Notes under the pieces: model-generated
What the model was told of the DNA's origin: nothing
The model's input: only the letters and a program-made list of their open reading frames with translations
Database searches by the model: none
Program-made: the position numbers and the translations under genes
Source: Roseateles sp.
Lineage (GTDB): Bacteria; Pseudomonadota; Gammaproteobacteria; Burkholderiales; Burkholderiaceae_C
DNA length: 52,721 nucleotides
Reading direction: 5' to 3'
Assembly: GCA_018780415.1 (NCBI GenBank)
Contig: JADMJQ010000084.1
Location: forward strand, 1 to 52,721
Shown: piece by piece, positions 29,084 to 40,182 of the stretch
Numbering within the stretch: position 1 is the stretch's first letter
Layout of the letters: the number at the start of each line of letters is the position of its first letter

Positions 29084-31108
29084 ATGCACAGCCCCTTGAC
29101 CACAGTACCGGCACGGCCGGCCGCAGCCTTGCGCGGCGCGCTGCCGGCGTTTGCGCTGGGCCTGCTTTTCGCGCTGAGCCTGGGGGGCTGCGGCGGCGGC
29201 GGTGGCTCGGACAGCGCCAGCCCGACCACCCCGGACAGCGCCGCCACCGGCGTGACCACCTTCACCGTGACGCCCACCCTCAGCGGGGTGGCGGCCGTCG
29301 GCGCACCGCTGACGAATGGCCAGGTCAAGGTGATAGACGGCAGCGGCAGCGTGGTCGGCACGGCCACCACCCGCCCGGCCGATGGCTCCTACACCCTGAA
29401 CCTGAGCAACAAGGTCTTGAAAGCGCCCTTGCTGGTGCAGATCAGCAGCGTTGACGCCAGCGGCAGCCCGCAGGTCTTGCACTCGGCCGTGCCGGCCCTG
29501 GATGCCAGCAAGCCGGCCATGTGGGCCAATATCACGCCGCTGAGCAATGCCATCGTGGCGCTGGCCATGGGCAGCGACCCGCAGCCGGTGTTTGCCGGCT
29601 CGGCGGCCAGCGCGGCGGCCATGGCCGCGCCCGCGGCATCGGCCGCCAGCGCCGCCGGCGAGTTCGTCAAAAGCATGATCAAGACCCAGCTGAGCGACCT
29701 TAAGATCACCAACACCGCCGCCCTCGATCTGCTCGGCGACACCAGCTTTTTGGCCAACAAGGGCGCACAGGATTTGCTGCTGGAGTCGCTGCGCGTGCAG
29801 CTGAACAAGACCAACAAAGGGCTGGAGCAATTGCTGATCAGCAACAAGCTGCTGCCCAGCGCCACGCCCGAGGTGCAGGTCAGCTTGGGCCTGGCGCAGA
29901 CCGAGTTGCTGAAGAGCAGTGGCGCGGCGCCGGCCTTGGCCATCACCTCGACACTGAAGCTGGCCTCGACGGCCAAAGCCACGCTGGACAACCTGCCCCT
30001 GCTGGACGAACTGGCGGCCGGGCTGAATGGCTTGATCGCCCAGGGCAAGACCGCCGCCGAGTTCAAGGCCGCCACGCAGCTCAGCGCCTACACCCAACAC
30101 AACAGCGCCGACAAGGACGCGCTGGCCGCCAAGCTGGCCGACTTTGCGGTCAAAAAGGGCCAGATCGGCCGCTTCATGGTGACCGGCTGCGCCGACGATG
30201 CGCTGGTGGCGGGCCTATGCAAAAAGGTACTGGTGGCCGCCCATGTCAACGATTCATCCGGCGCCCTGCTGGCCCAGTTCAGCGACGCCGTCTCCTTCAC
30301 CAAGGGCGCCAGCGCCAGCACGCCGGGCCAGTGGGGCCTGGTCGGCAATGGCCGCAACTTCGCCATGAATGTCTACCCGGTCAGCGTCATGCACCTGGAG
30401 CCGGACGCCAGCGCCAGCGCATCCAGCAGCGCCGCGCCCAATCCCTGGGTCGGCATCCAAGTGGCGATCCAAAGCCTGTCGACCAATGCCACGCCGGTCA
30501 AGCTGATGGACACCGCGACCGTGCAATTGCAGAGCGGCTACAGCATTCCTTTTGCCTATTGCAGTCGGCCGCTGATGTGCATCTCCAGCACGCCGGGCGC
30601 GACGGTGGTCAAGCCCACGGGCAGCATCGCCGAGTCGGTGCTGCAGCAATCGGCCTTGAGCTGGTTGGGCAGCGCCGAGAGTCAGCGCGGCGCCAAGTAC
30701 AGCGCCAGCTTCACCTTGGACGCCAAACCGCTGACCGAGACCCGCAGCGCCTACCTGCTGGCCGATGTGCCGGCAACGACGCCGGCGGCACGCTTTCCTG
30801 CCATCGACGGCCTGAGCGGCAGCCAGCCGCTGACGGTGGCCGCCATGCGGGCTGGCCTGACCCTCAATTTCGCCAGCTGGGCGGCCGCCAATCCCGATAT
30901 GCGCTTGATCAGCGTGCGGGCCTTGATGGTCGGCTTCCTCTTGCCCTTGTACGTAGACACCGAGCCACCGCCAGCGGGCACCACGGCCTTGGTTCTGGCG
31001 CCGGTGGCCTGGCCGAGTTCGGCCACCGTCACGGTCGAACTCTGGCTGGGCGCGCAAGACGCCGCGGGTCGGCGCTACTACACCCGCTACGCACTGCCGA
31101 CCTTGTAG
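29084..31108 (+). CDS. Large secreted lipoprotein of unknown function
   Basis: Lipobox LGGC followed by GGGGG; GVAAVGAPL...DGSYTL; ANITPLS; WGLVGNGR. Confidence 0.75.
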   Translation: MHSPLTTVPARPAAALRGALPAFALGLLFALSLGGCGGGGGSDSASPTTPDSAATGVTTFTVTPTLSGVAAVGAPLTNGQVKVIDGSGSVVGTATTRPADGSYTLNLSNKVLKAPLLVQISSVDASGSPQVLHSAVPALDASKPAMWANITPLSNAIVALAMGSDPQPVFAGSAASAAAMAAPAASAASAAGEFVKSMIKTQLSDLKITNTAALDLLGDTSFLANKGAQDLLLESLRVQLNKTNKGLEQLLISNKLLPSATPEVQVSLGLAQTELLKSSGAAPALAITSTLKLASTAKATLDNLPLLDELAAGLNGLIAQGKTAAEFKAATQLSAYTQHNSADKDALAAKLADFAVKKGQIGRFMVTGCADDALVAGLCKKVLVAAHVNDSSGALLAQFSDAVSFTKGASASTPGQWGLVGNGRNFAMNVYPVSVMHLEPDASASASSSAAPNPWVGIQVAIQSLSTNATPVKLMDTATVQLQSGYSIPFAYCSRPLMCISSTPGATVVKPTGSIAESVLQQSALSWLGSAESQRGAKYSASFTLDAKPLTETRSAYLLADVPATTPAARFPAIDGLSGSQPLTVAAMRAGLTLNFASWAAANPDMRLISVRALMVGFLLPLYVDTEPPPAGTTALVLAPVAWPSSATVTVELWLGAQDAAGRRYYTRYALPTL

Positions 31109-31160
31109 CGGCCTACGGCGAACTGGCTGCGGCCGAGACGGGTCGGCCCGGCGGGCTACT

Positions 31161-32270
31161 ATGGCCGCCCTGCTCACTCCGGCCCACATCCGCCCCATGC
31201 CCAGCCCAATCCCCAGCCGCCGGACCCGGCTCGAACGCGGCAGCCTGCTGTTGCTCTTGATCACCGTCAGCCTCGCCCTGATCTGGATCTTGCTGCCGTT
31301 TTACGGCGCCATCCTTTGGAGCATCGTGATCTCGCTGCTGTTCGCGCCGGTGCAAACCCGCTTACGCACGCGCCTGCAGATGGGCGCCACACCTGCCGCG
31401 CTGCTGACGCTGTCGATGGTGGTGCTGATCGGCATCCTGCCGGTGCTGCTGATCTCGGTGTCGCTGACCAACGAGGTGGCCGGCCTCTATCTGCGCATGC
31501 AGGCCGGCGAGGCCAATCCCATGCCCTATCTGCGCGGGCTGTTCGATGCATTGCCGGCCGACGTGATCGAGGCCCTGAAGCGCATGGGCGTGGGCGACTT
31601 CGCCAGCCTGCAGCGCCATCTCAACGCCAGCCTGGCCAAGATCAGCCAGTTCCTCGCCTCCCAGGCCTATAGCTTCGGCCAGAACACCCTGGGCTTCGGC
31701 ACCAGCGTGGCCATCATGTTGTATCTGGCCTTTTTCCTGATTCGCGACGGCGAGCAGATCGTGCGCCAGCTGGGCCGGGCGATGCCGCTGGCGCCGGCGC
31801 ACAAAGCCGACCTCTACGACAAGTTCACCACCGTGATCCGTGCCACCGTCAAGGGCAATCTCTTCGTGGCCGCGCTGCAGGGCCTGCTGGGTGGCCTGGC
31901 CTTCTGGTTCTTTGATGTGGGCGGCGCCTTGCTCTGGGGCGTCTTGATGGCGTTCTTGTCGATCTTGCCGGCGGTCGGTGCCGGCCTGGTGTGGGGGCCG
32001 GTGGCGCTGTACTTCTTTCTCAACGGCGAGATCTGGCAAGGCGTCACCATGACGGCCTACGGCATCCTGGTGATAGGCATGGTCGACAACCTGCTGCGCC
32101 CCATCCTGGTCGGCAAGGACACCCGCATGCCCGACTACCTGGTGATGATCACCACGCTGGGCGGCATGGCCGTGTTCGGCCTCAACGGCTTCGTCATCGG
32201 CCCGGTGATCGCGGCGATGGTGATGGCCGTCTGGCATATCTTCACGGCCAGCCGCGAGGCGCAGGACTGA
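31161..32270 (+). CDS. AI-2E family transporter
   Basis: FFLIRDG, DNLLRPILVG, GLNGFVIGP; multi-TM; start may be 31197. Confidence 0.9.
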   Translation: MAALLTPAHIRPMPSPIPSRRTRLERGSLLLLLITVSLALIWILLPFYGAILWSIVISLLFAPVQTRLRTRLQMGATPAALLTLSMVVLIGILPVLLISVSLTNEVAGLYLRMQAGEANPMPYLRGLFDALPADVIEALKRMGVGDFASLQRHLNASLAKISQFLASQAYSFGQNTLGFGTSVAIMLYLAFFLIRDGEQIVRQLGRAMPLAPAHKADLYDKFTTVIRATVKGNLFVAALQGLLGGLAFWFFDVGGALLWGVLMAFLSILPAVGAGLVWGPVALYFFLNGEIWQGVTMTAYGILVIGMVDNLLRPILVGKDTRMPDYLVMITTLGGMAVFGLNGFVIGPVIAAMVMAVWHIFTASREAQD

Positions 32271-32274
32271 GGGT

Positions 32275-32883
32275 CTACTTCAGCAGACCCTCGGCGGTCA
32301 TCGCCGCGATCACGGCGGGGCGCGCCGCAACACGGGCGCGGAATGCCACCAGATTGGCGAAGCCGCTGACATCGACACCGACATATTGACCCCAGTTCGA
32401 GACCACGAACAAATAGCCATCGGCGACGCTGAACTGATCCCCCATCAGGTACTGCTTGCCCTCGAGCTGCTGATCGATCCAGGCAAAGCGCTCGGCCAGC
32501 TTGGTGCGCACCTGCGGCTTGTACTCCTCGGTGGTGGCCGGGTTGAACAGCGGCGAGAAGCCCTTGTGCAGCTCGGAGGTGATGAAGTTCAGCCATTCCT
32601 GCAGGCGGTAGCGCGGCAGCGTGCCATTGGGCGGGGCCAGCTGTTTGTCGGGAGCCAGGTCGGCGATGTACTGGACGATGGCCGGGCCTTCGGTCAGGCG
32701 CTCGCCGTTGTCCAGCTCCAGCACCGGCACCGAGCCCTTGGCGTTGATCAGATAGAAGTCGCTGCCATCGGCCAGCTTCTTGGTCTTGGTGCTGGCCAGC
32801 ACCAGCTCAACCTTCAAGCCCGCTTCGAGCAGGGCGATATGGGGCGACAGCGAGCAGGCGCCGGGGCTGTAATAGAGCTTCAT
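32275..32883 (-). CDS. gstA: Glutathione S-transferase (beta class)
   Basis: MKLYYSPGACSLSPHI, VPVL, LTEGPAIVQY, SELHK. Confidence 0.93.
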   Translation of the reverse strand: MKLYYSPGACSLSPHIALLEAGLKVELVLASTKTKKLADGSDFYLINAKGSVPVLELDNGERLTEGPAIVQYIADLAPDKQLAPPNGTLPRYRLQEWLNFITSELHKGFSPLFNPATTEEYKPQVRTKLAERFAWIDQQLEGKQYLMGDQFSVADGYLFVVSNWGQYVGVDVSGFANLVAFRARVAARPAVIAAMTAEGLLK

Positions 32884-33071
32884 AACGGAACTTCCTTGCG
32901 GGTTGATTGACAGACGCGAAGCCTACGCCGAAATCAATTCACCCATATGGCACGGCCTTTTTCAAGCAGACCGGCTTCTTGATATAACGCAAGGCCGCTG
33001 TCAGCCACGCCGCCGAGACTGAAACATGTCCTTCTTGCCCAAACCCTCTGCATGAAACCGCCCGCCTCGCC

Positions 33072-34307
33072 ATGTTGAGAATCAAGCAGCTCGGCCGCAA
33101 GTCATCGCTCGCCTTGCTGGCGCTTGGCTTGCTGGCGGCGGCCATGGCCTGGCGCCAGTGGCGCGGGCCGGAGGTGATGACCGAGACGGTCATCCGGCGC
33201 GATTTTGTGCAGTCGGTGGTCGCCAGCGGCCGGGTCGAGACGCCGCACCGGGTGGATATCGCCGCGCAGATCACCGGCACGGTGCTGCGCGTGCCGGTGG
33301 CCGAGGGCCAGGCGGTGCAGGCCGGTGACTTGCTGGTCGAGCTGGAAGCGACCGAGCTGCGAGCCAGCCAGCGCCAGGCCGAGATGGCGGTGCAGCAGGC
33401 GCAAGCGCGCCTGCGCCAAGTGAGCGAGTTGCAGCTGCCGGTGGCCGAACAACAGCAGCGCCAGGCGCAGGCCAATTTGACCAATGCGCGGACGCAGCTG
33501 AGCCGGCAGCAGGCGCTGTTCGAGCAGGGCTTCATCGGCGAGGCAGCGCTGGATCAGGCCCGCAATGCGCTGGAGTTGAGCGATGCCCAGCAGCGTTTGA
33601 CGCGCAAACAGACGGAATCACTGCGCCCGCTGGGCACCGATCACGCCTTGGCCGAAGCCGCGCTGGCCCAGGCGCGGGCCAGTGCGGAGGCGGCCGCCGC
33701 GCGCGCCCGCTATGCCCGCATCAGCGCGCCGGCCGCCGGCACGCTGATAGGCCGCAATGTCGAGGTCGGCGATGTGGTGCAGGCCGGCAAGGTCTTGATG
33801 ACGCTATCGCCGGCCGGGCGCACCCAGCTGGTTTTGAGCATTGATGAGCGCAATCTGCGCCTGATCGCGCTGGGCCAGCCGGCGCTGGCCTCGGCCGATG
33901 CTTACCCCGAACAGCGCTTTGCGGCCAAGCTCAGCTACATCAACCCCAGCGTCAACGCCCAGACCGGCGCGGTCGAGGTCAAGCTCGACGTTGCCGCGCC
34001 GCCGGTCCATCTGAGCCAGGACATGACGGTGTCGGTGGACATCGAGGTCGCGCGCAAACCGCAGGCCTTGCTGATTCCACTGAGCGCGGTGCACGATCTG
34101 CAAGGCCCCGCGCCTTGGGGCCTGATCCTTGATGCGGCAGGCCGCGCCACCCGACGCGAGCTGCGCCTGGGGCTGCGCAGCGGCGGCTATGCCGAGCTGC
34201 TGTCCGGGCTGGCCGAGGGTGACCGGCTGGTCCTGGCGAGTGAGCCGGTCGAGGCGGGTGACCGGGTGCGGGTCAAGCCGGCGCAGCCACAACAGCCGAG
34301 CCGCTGA
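33072..34307 (+). CDS. MacA-like periplasmic adaptor (membrane fusion protein)
   Basis: N-terminal TM; VVASGRV; lipoyl halves; ISAPAAG; coiled coil. Confidence 0.88.
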   Translation: MLRIKQLGRKSSLALLALGLLAAAMAWRQWRGPEVMTETVIRRDFVQSVVASGRVETPHRVDIAAQITGTVLRVPVAEGQAVQAGDLLVELEATELRASQRQAEMAVQQAQARLRQVSELQLPVAEQQQRQAQANLTNARTQLSRQQALFEQGFIGEAALDQARNALELSDAQQRLTRKQTESLRPLGTDHALAEAALAQARASAEAAAARARYARISAPAAGTLIGRNVEVGDVVQAGKVLMTLSPAGRTQLVLSIDERNLRLIALGQPALASADAYPEQRFAAKLSYINPSVNAQTGAVEVKLDVAAPPVHLSQDMTVSVDIEVARKPQALLIPLSAVHDLQGPAPWGLILDAAGRATRRELRLGLRSGGYAELLSGLAEGDRLVLASEPVEAGDRVRVKPAQPQQPSR

Positions 34308-34312
34308 GCGCC

Positions 34313-35552
<1,240 letters not shown>

Positions 35553-35560
<8 letters not shown>

Positions 35561-36263
35561 GCTGGCGGCAGCACCGGCAAACGGCGATGCGCTGGTGCAG
35601 TTGCGCGGCGTGCGCAAGGTCTTCAACCCCGGCACCGACATCGCAACCGAAGTCCTGCATGGCATTGACCTGACGCTGCGGCGCGGTGAGTTCTGCGCGG
35701 TGATGGGGCCCTCGGGTTCGGGCAAAAGCACCTTGCTGAATATCGTCGGCTTGCTGGACCGACCGAGCAGCGGCACGCTGGCGATTGCCGGCGAGGAAAG
35801 TACCCTGTTGGACGACCGCGCGCTGACCCGGCTGCGTGGCCACACCATCGGCTTTGTGTTCCAGTACCACCACCTGATTACCGCCTTCACCGCGCTGGAG
35901 AACGTGATGATGCCGATGCTGGGCGCGGCCGGCTTCCCCAACGCGGCCATGTACGCGCGCGCTGAGGCGCTGGTGGACAGCGTTGGCCTGAGCCCATGGC
36001 GGGACAAGCTGGCCGGCAATTTAAGCGGCGGCCAGCAGCAACGCGTGGCGGTGGCGCGCGCGCTGGCCATGCAGCCAGCCCTTCTTCTGGCCGATGAACC
36101 GACCGGCAATCTGGACAGCAAGAGTGCCGACGCGGTCTTCGACCTGCTGCGCCGGGTCAATCAGGAGCAAGGCACCGCCATCCTGTTTGTGACCCACAAC
36201 CCGGCCTTGGCGGCGCGCTGCGAGCGCCAGATTCAGGTCATCGACGGCATGGTGAGCGGCTGA
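35553..36263 (+). CDS. LolD/MacB-like ABC ATP-binding protein
   Basis: [34 protein letters not shown]; GTG start overlapping the permease end. Confidence 0.92.
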
Positions 36264-36273
36264 GTCGGACTGC

Positions 36274-36609
36274 TCAGGACTCTTCGGGCACAAAAATCCA
36301 GAGCAGGATATAGACCAAGACGCCCGAGCCGGCAAACAGCGCCAGCACCGTCAGCAACAAGCGGCACAGCCAGGACTCGATGCCGGTGAGCTTGGCGATG
36401 CCGCCGCAGACGCCGCCAATCCAGCGGTCGTCGCGGCTGCGCCGCAGCTCATTGATGCCGGCCGCCGGCGGCGCCGAATTGGTCGTCGAGTACGCAGACC
36501 TGGCCGCGCCACCCAGCAAGCGCTCCTTGGCACGGGCGAATTCCTCGGCGGTCAAAACCCCGCGCTGGTGCAGTTCGGCCAATTTGTCCAGCTCGATGCT
36601 GTCAGACAT
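36274..36609 (-). CDS. SHOCT + PspC domain protein
   Basis: ELDKLAELHQRGVLTAEEFARAK (SHOCT); LRRSRDDRWIGGVCGGIA...YILLWIFVP (PspC); AGGAG RBS. Confidence 0.88.
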   Translation of the reverse strand: MSDSIELDKLAELHQRGVLTAEEFARAKERLLGGAARSAYSTTNSAPPAAGINELRRSRDDRWIGGVCGGIAKLTGIESWLCRLLLTVLALFAGSGVLVYILLWIFVPEES

Positions 36610-36845
36610 TGCGTACTCCTTCAAAGTGATGACCAGAGCTTAACGTGAGGTCTAGACGGCTTGTTTGCAAGTTGCGACGAACGGTAAAGCCGCCATGATG
36701 AACTCACCCAGGAACCTGCTGAGCCCGCCGCCACCACATGACTTGAGTCACCCCGCAGCTCGGGGAGTGTCAACAAGCGCGCTTTTCGGTACAAACCAGC
36801 CTCGCCGCAGACCCCTGCGAGGCAGCCAGTTCAAACCATCATTCC

Positions 36846-37817
36846 ATGTCCAAAGCTCAAATTTCTCTCGCCGCTCTTCTGTGCTGCGCCGCCATGGGCG
36901 CGCAGGCCGACGCAAACCTGTACTTCAGCGCCAGTGCCGAGAACCTCGTCACCCAGCAGTTTGTCTACAACTCGCCCCCGTCGGTGACCAGCGGCCCGTT
37001 CACCAGCGCCGGCACCGTCTCGGCCAATGCAGGTTCGGTCGGCGCATCGGTGACGACATGGGCGGACCCGAGCTTAGGGATGTTCAAGGCACTGGCCCGC
37101 GTTGACATGACGGGCAACACCGAGCAGATCAATATTGCCAACGCTGTGGCGCGCTTCGACCTCAGCGATACCCTGCGTTTCAGCGGCCCGGGTGACAAGG
37201 TGCAGGTGACCTGGACCTTGAACTACGACACCGTGTTTGCCGGCCTGGGATTTACGGCCTTTGAGCGCGTGAACCAGATCTCGCACTTCATGCAGGCGTC
37301 GTCGTTCCGGGATCTGCGTTTGAGCTACGAGGTCGCAAATCCTGATTACGACCCCACGGCCACTTGCACAGACTTGGGCAGCGATGGCTACTACTGCCCA
37401 CCCGAAACCTTCGCCGTCATCACCAAGGAAGAGTACGCCGGCAAGACGCTGTTCCGCGAAGTTGCACTGGGTGGGCCGAACGGCATCTACACCAATGGTG
37501 ACGAGGACAACGGCCATTACAGCGGCGAAATCACGCTGTCCCTGCTGCTGCCCACCGATGTGGACGTGCGCCTGAACTACACCGCCTACAACGGCGTGAC
37601 TTGTTTTCACCTGGCCAATTGCTCATTGAGCAGCGACGCCTCGCATTCCGACTATCTGGGCCTGCGGGTCGCCGACGGCGCGAGCTTCAGCTCCGCCGAA
37701 AGCTACCAGTACCAGGGTCTGGCGGCCGCCGTCCCTGAGCCGGCCAGCGCCTTGCTGAGCGGCTTGGGCCTGCTGGCAATGGCGGGCTGGGCCCGCCGCC
37801 GGCCTTCGAAGGGCTGA
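36846..37817 (+). CDS. PEP-CTERM sorting-domain surface protein
   Basis: Signal peptide (AQA-D); C-terminal VPEP + hydrophobic helix + RRR. Confidence 0.9.
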   Translation: MSKAQISLAALLCCAAMGAQADANLYFSASAENLVTQQFVYNSPPSVTSGPFTSAGTVSANAGSVGASVTTWADPSLGMFKALARVDMTGNTEQINIANAVARFDLSDTLRFSGPGDKVQVTWTLNYDTVFAGLGFTAFERVNQISHFMQASSFRDLRLSYEVANPDYDPTATCTDLGSDGYYCPPETFAVITKEEYAGKTLFREVALGGPNGIYTNGDEDNGHYSGEITLSLLLPTDVDVRLNYTAYNGVTCFHLANCSLSSDASHSDYLGLRVADGASFSSAESYQYQGLAAAVPEPASALLSGLGLLAMAGWARRRPSKG

Positions 37818-37840
37818 CAGACGCGCCGTTGAGATGGGAA

Positions 37841-37892
37841 ATTGGGGTCAGGTTCATTTGTTTCGGCACAACTCGCTGAACCTGAGCTCAAT
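37841..37892. repeat. Intergenic inverted repeat, REP-like or bidirectional terminator
   Basis: ATTGGGGTCAGGTTCA (37841-37856) and TGAACCTGAGCTCAAT (37877-37892), 14/16 complementary, between convergent genes. Confidence 0.55.
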
Positions 37893-37894
37893 GC

Positions 37895-38461
37895 CTAGCC
37901 CTGGCTTGCCTTGAAGTCGCGCAACTCCATCACCAAGCGGCCCAGGCGGCGCTGCCCGCTTGCGCTGTTGAGTGTCAGTTCGGGCGAAAAATCTGCACTG
38001 TCGAGCGTGACACGTGTGGGCGCCAGCCAGGCACGCAACTCCTGCACGCAGTTGGCCATGCCGCTCAGCGGCGACGCGTCCGAAAGTGTCAGCAAGCCCA
38101 CCGCGCAGCCCTGCAAATAGGGCCTCTCATCGCCGGCCAGCAATTGCATGAAGTCGATCGCGTTCTTGAAGACACCGCTCATCGCTCCGTGGTAAGCGGG
38201 CGTGGTCCACAACATCACATCGGCGCTGCGCAAGGCACTTACATAGCGCCGCAAGCTCGCTTGACACTCAAGGGGGTAGTCAGCCAGCGCCTGCTCCGGC
38301 ACATACATGGGCAGCTCGAGCAAGCGCAGGTCCAGGGTTTCGGTGGCAAAGCCCAACTCAGCCGCCATCGCCATGCCGGCCCGCAAGGCGGCACCAGAAT
38401 AGGAACGCTCTCGCAGGCTGCCACCCAGGCCAACCATCAGCCCCGCATCGCGGCGGCTCAA
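37895..38461 (-). CDS. NADPH-dependent FMN reductase (SsuE/ArsH-like flavodoxin fold)
   Basis: GGSLRERSYS; TPAYHGAMSGVFKNAIDF; TTG start overlaps the upstream TGA. Confidence 0.85.
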   Translation of the reverse strand: MSRRDAGLMVGLGGSLRERSYSGAALRAGMAMAAELGFATETLDLRLLELPMYVPEQALADYPLECQASLRRYVSALRSADVMLWTTPAYHGAMSGVFKNAIDFMQLLAGDERPYLQGCAVGLLTLSDASPLSGMANCVQELRAWLAPTRVTLDSADFSPELTLNSASGQRRLGRLVMELRDFKASQG

Positions 38462-39234
38462 AGCATGAGCCCAAAATACTGTTGCAAAGCCGCGGCATGC
38501 TCGGCCTCCGACGCCAGCAAGGTCTCGGTTCTTGCCCCGCCCTGGCGGCTCTCGATCAAGCGCAAGTCACTCAGCGAGACGCGCCCCTCCGGCGTCGCCA
38601 GCGAGCAAATTCTCTTTTGCGTGAAATGCGAATCCGCTGAACTCTGGTGATAGCGACACATGGGCTCGAACGCCGCCAAGTCATGCGGCGTCAGCGCGAA
38701 GCGGTATTGGGGAGTGGCCTCGCCGGGCACAAGATCCGGGCGCACATTCAGAGGCCTCGCCGACAAGATGTAGCCGCCCTCGGCTTGAGGGGAAAGTCGG
38801 TAAGACCGCTCACCTTGCAGCTGATCAGTGGCGGGTTCAAGGCATAGCGGCTGTTGAAAAGAGTCGCCAAAGCCGACGTCGACCAGGTAGTCACGCTCCA
38901 GATGCACCAGTAGACAAAGATGGTCAAAGTCCGGGCCAAAACTGCCGCCCGACCCGCTGACCTGCGCGGACAGTCGGCTGAGCTTGAATCCGAGCGCCTC
39001 CAGAAGCAGCGCGAACAGACCATTCAACTCATAGCAAAAGCCGCCCCGACCTTGCTCAACGATTTTTCGGTAAAGCACCGCAGGCTCTAGCTCGATGCTT
39101 TGACCGGCATGAATGCTCAGGTTTTCAAAGGGCACGCTGCGCAGATGCGCCAATTGCAGCGCTTGCAGGGTGGCCAGATCGGGTGCCAAACCGCCACGGT
39201 AAGCGATGCGTTCAAGATAGACAGGGATGTTCAT
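38458..39234 (-). CDS. Arylamine N-acetyltransferase
   Basis: VPFENL, RGGFCYELN (catalytic Cys), DHLCL (His), LVDVGFG (Asp). Confidence 0.93.
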   Translation of the reverse strand: MNIPVYLERIAYRGGLAPDLATLQALQLAHLRSVPFENLSIHAGQSIELEPAVLYRKIVEQGRGGFCYELNGLFALLLEALGFKLSRLSAQVSGSGGSFGPDFDHLCLLVHLERDYLVDVGFGDSFQQPLCLEPATDQLQGERSYRLSPQAEGGYILSARPLNVRPDLVPGEATPQYRFALTPHDLAAFEPMCRYHQSSADSHFTQKRICSLATPEGRVSLSDLRLIESRQGGARTETLLASEAEHAAALQQYFGLML

Positions 39235-39289
39235 AATTGAAGATTATGGCCACGAACATCCCGCTAGCTCGCTGGGTTATGCTTTTTGA

Positions 39290-40102
39290 ATGAACCCAGC
39301 CCACCGCCGCCTGCTCGTCATCATCGCCTTGCTCGCCAGCGCTGCGCTGGCCTGGCTGCCGCAATTGGATGCGCTGGCGACCGAACGTGTAGACGCTGGC
39401 CTGAAGCGCGCCCTGATCACCTTTGCGACCGCACGCTCGCTCAATGCGGTGATCTCGACGCTGCAGGAAACGACGCTGTCGTTTCAGCCGCTGGGCGTCG
39501 GCCTGACGATCGCCCCCGGCCAGGCGCTGGACCCGGTCAATGACCTGATCGAGCAGTTCTCCACCCTGATGCTGGGCGCCTCGGTGTCCTTCGGTGTGCA
39601 GAAAGTGTTGATTTCGGTCGGCGGCAATGCCTGGGTCAGCGGCGCGCTGACGTTGGCGGCACTGGTGCTGAGCTGGGCGATGTGGCGGCGTCTAGCCTTG
39701 CCGCGCGCTGCCGGCATGGTCTTGGCCGGTTTGCTGATCCTGCGCTTCGCCGTGCCCTTGACCATTCTGGGCAGCGATCTGGCCTTCAGGCAATTGCTGG
39801 CCGACGACTACCGGGCCAGCCAGCAAGGCATCGCCAACACGGCCGGCGAACTCGGCCGCCAGGCTGCATCGGCAGCCCAAGCCGGAGCGCCGGCGAATGA
39901 ATCGACGCTGGACCGACTCAAACGCGCGGCCACCCTGCCCGATCTGCGCGCCTATGCCGAGCGCATGCAGCAGGCGGCCGACAAAGCGGTCAGTGATCTG
40001 GTGCGCCTGATCGTCAGCTTCCTGATGCAAACCCTGGTGTTTCCGCTGCTGTTGATGTGGCTGATGCTGCGCCTGGCCAGGCTCGCTATTGCGCAACGCT
40101 GA
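39290..40102 (+). CDS. Conserved membrane hypothetical protein
   Basis: FATARSLNAVIS, PGQALDPVNDLIEQFS, LRFAVP, QTLVFPLL; several TMs. Confidence 0.75.
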   Translation: MNPAHRRLLVIIALLASAALAWLPQLDALATERVDAGLKRALITFATARSLNAVISTLQETTLSFQPLGVGLTIAPGQALDPVNDLIEQFSTLMLGASVSFGVQKVLISVGGNAWVSGALTLAALVLSWAMWRRLALPRAAGMVLAGLLILRFAVPLTILGSDLAFRQLLADDYRASQQGIANTAGELGRQAASAAQAGAPANESTLDRLKRAATLPDLRAYAERMQQAADKAVSDLVRLIVSFLMQTLVFPLLLMWLMLRLARLAIAQR

Positions 40103-40107
40103 ACGGC

Positions 40108-40143
40108 AAAAAAAGACAGCCCACTGCTCGCACAGTGGGCTGT
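40108..40143 (-). terminator. Rho-independent terminator for the minus-strand protease gene (possibly bidirectional)
   Basis: 11-bp stem ACAGCCCACTG / CAGTGGGCTGT, 6-nt loop, A7 tract at 40108-40114 (U tract on the minus strand). Confidence 0.8.
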
Positions 40144-40182
40144 TCCAAATCAGGGCTTGCAGTCAGCTATTTGGGGCTGAGC

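Noticed and set aside
31161-32270. AI-2E transporter as part of a quorum-sensing system
   Set aside because: Family name does not imply AI-2 transport; 15 kb from the luxR locus with no link.
36625-36845. Sigma-54/PrsR elements expected upstream of a PEP-CTERM gene
   Set aside because: No correctly spaced GG-N10-GC promoter or TGT-N11-ACA site found by eye.
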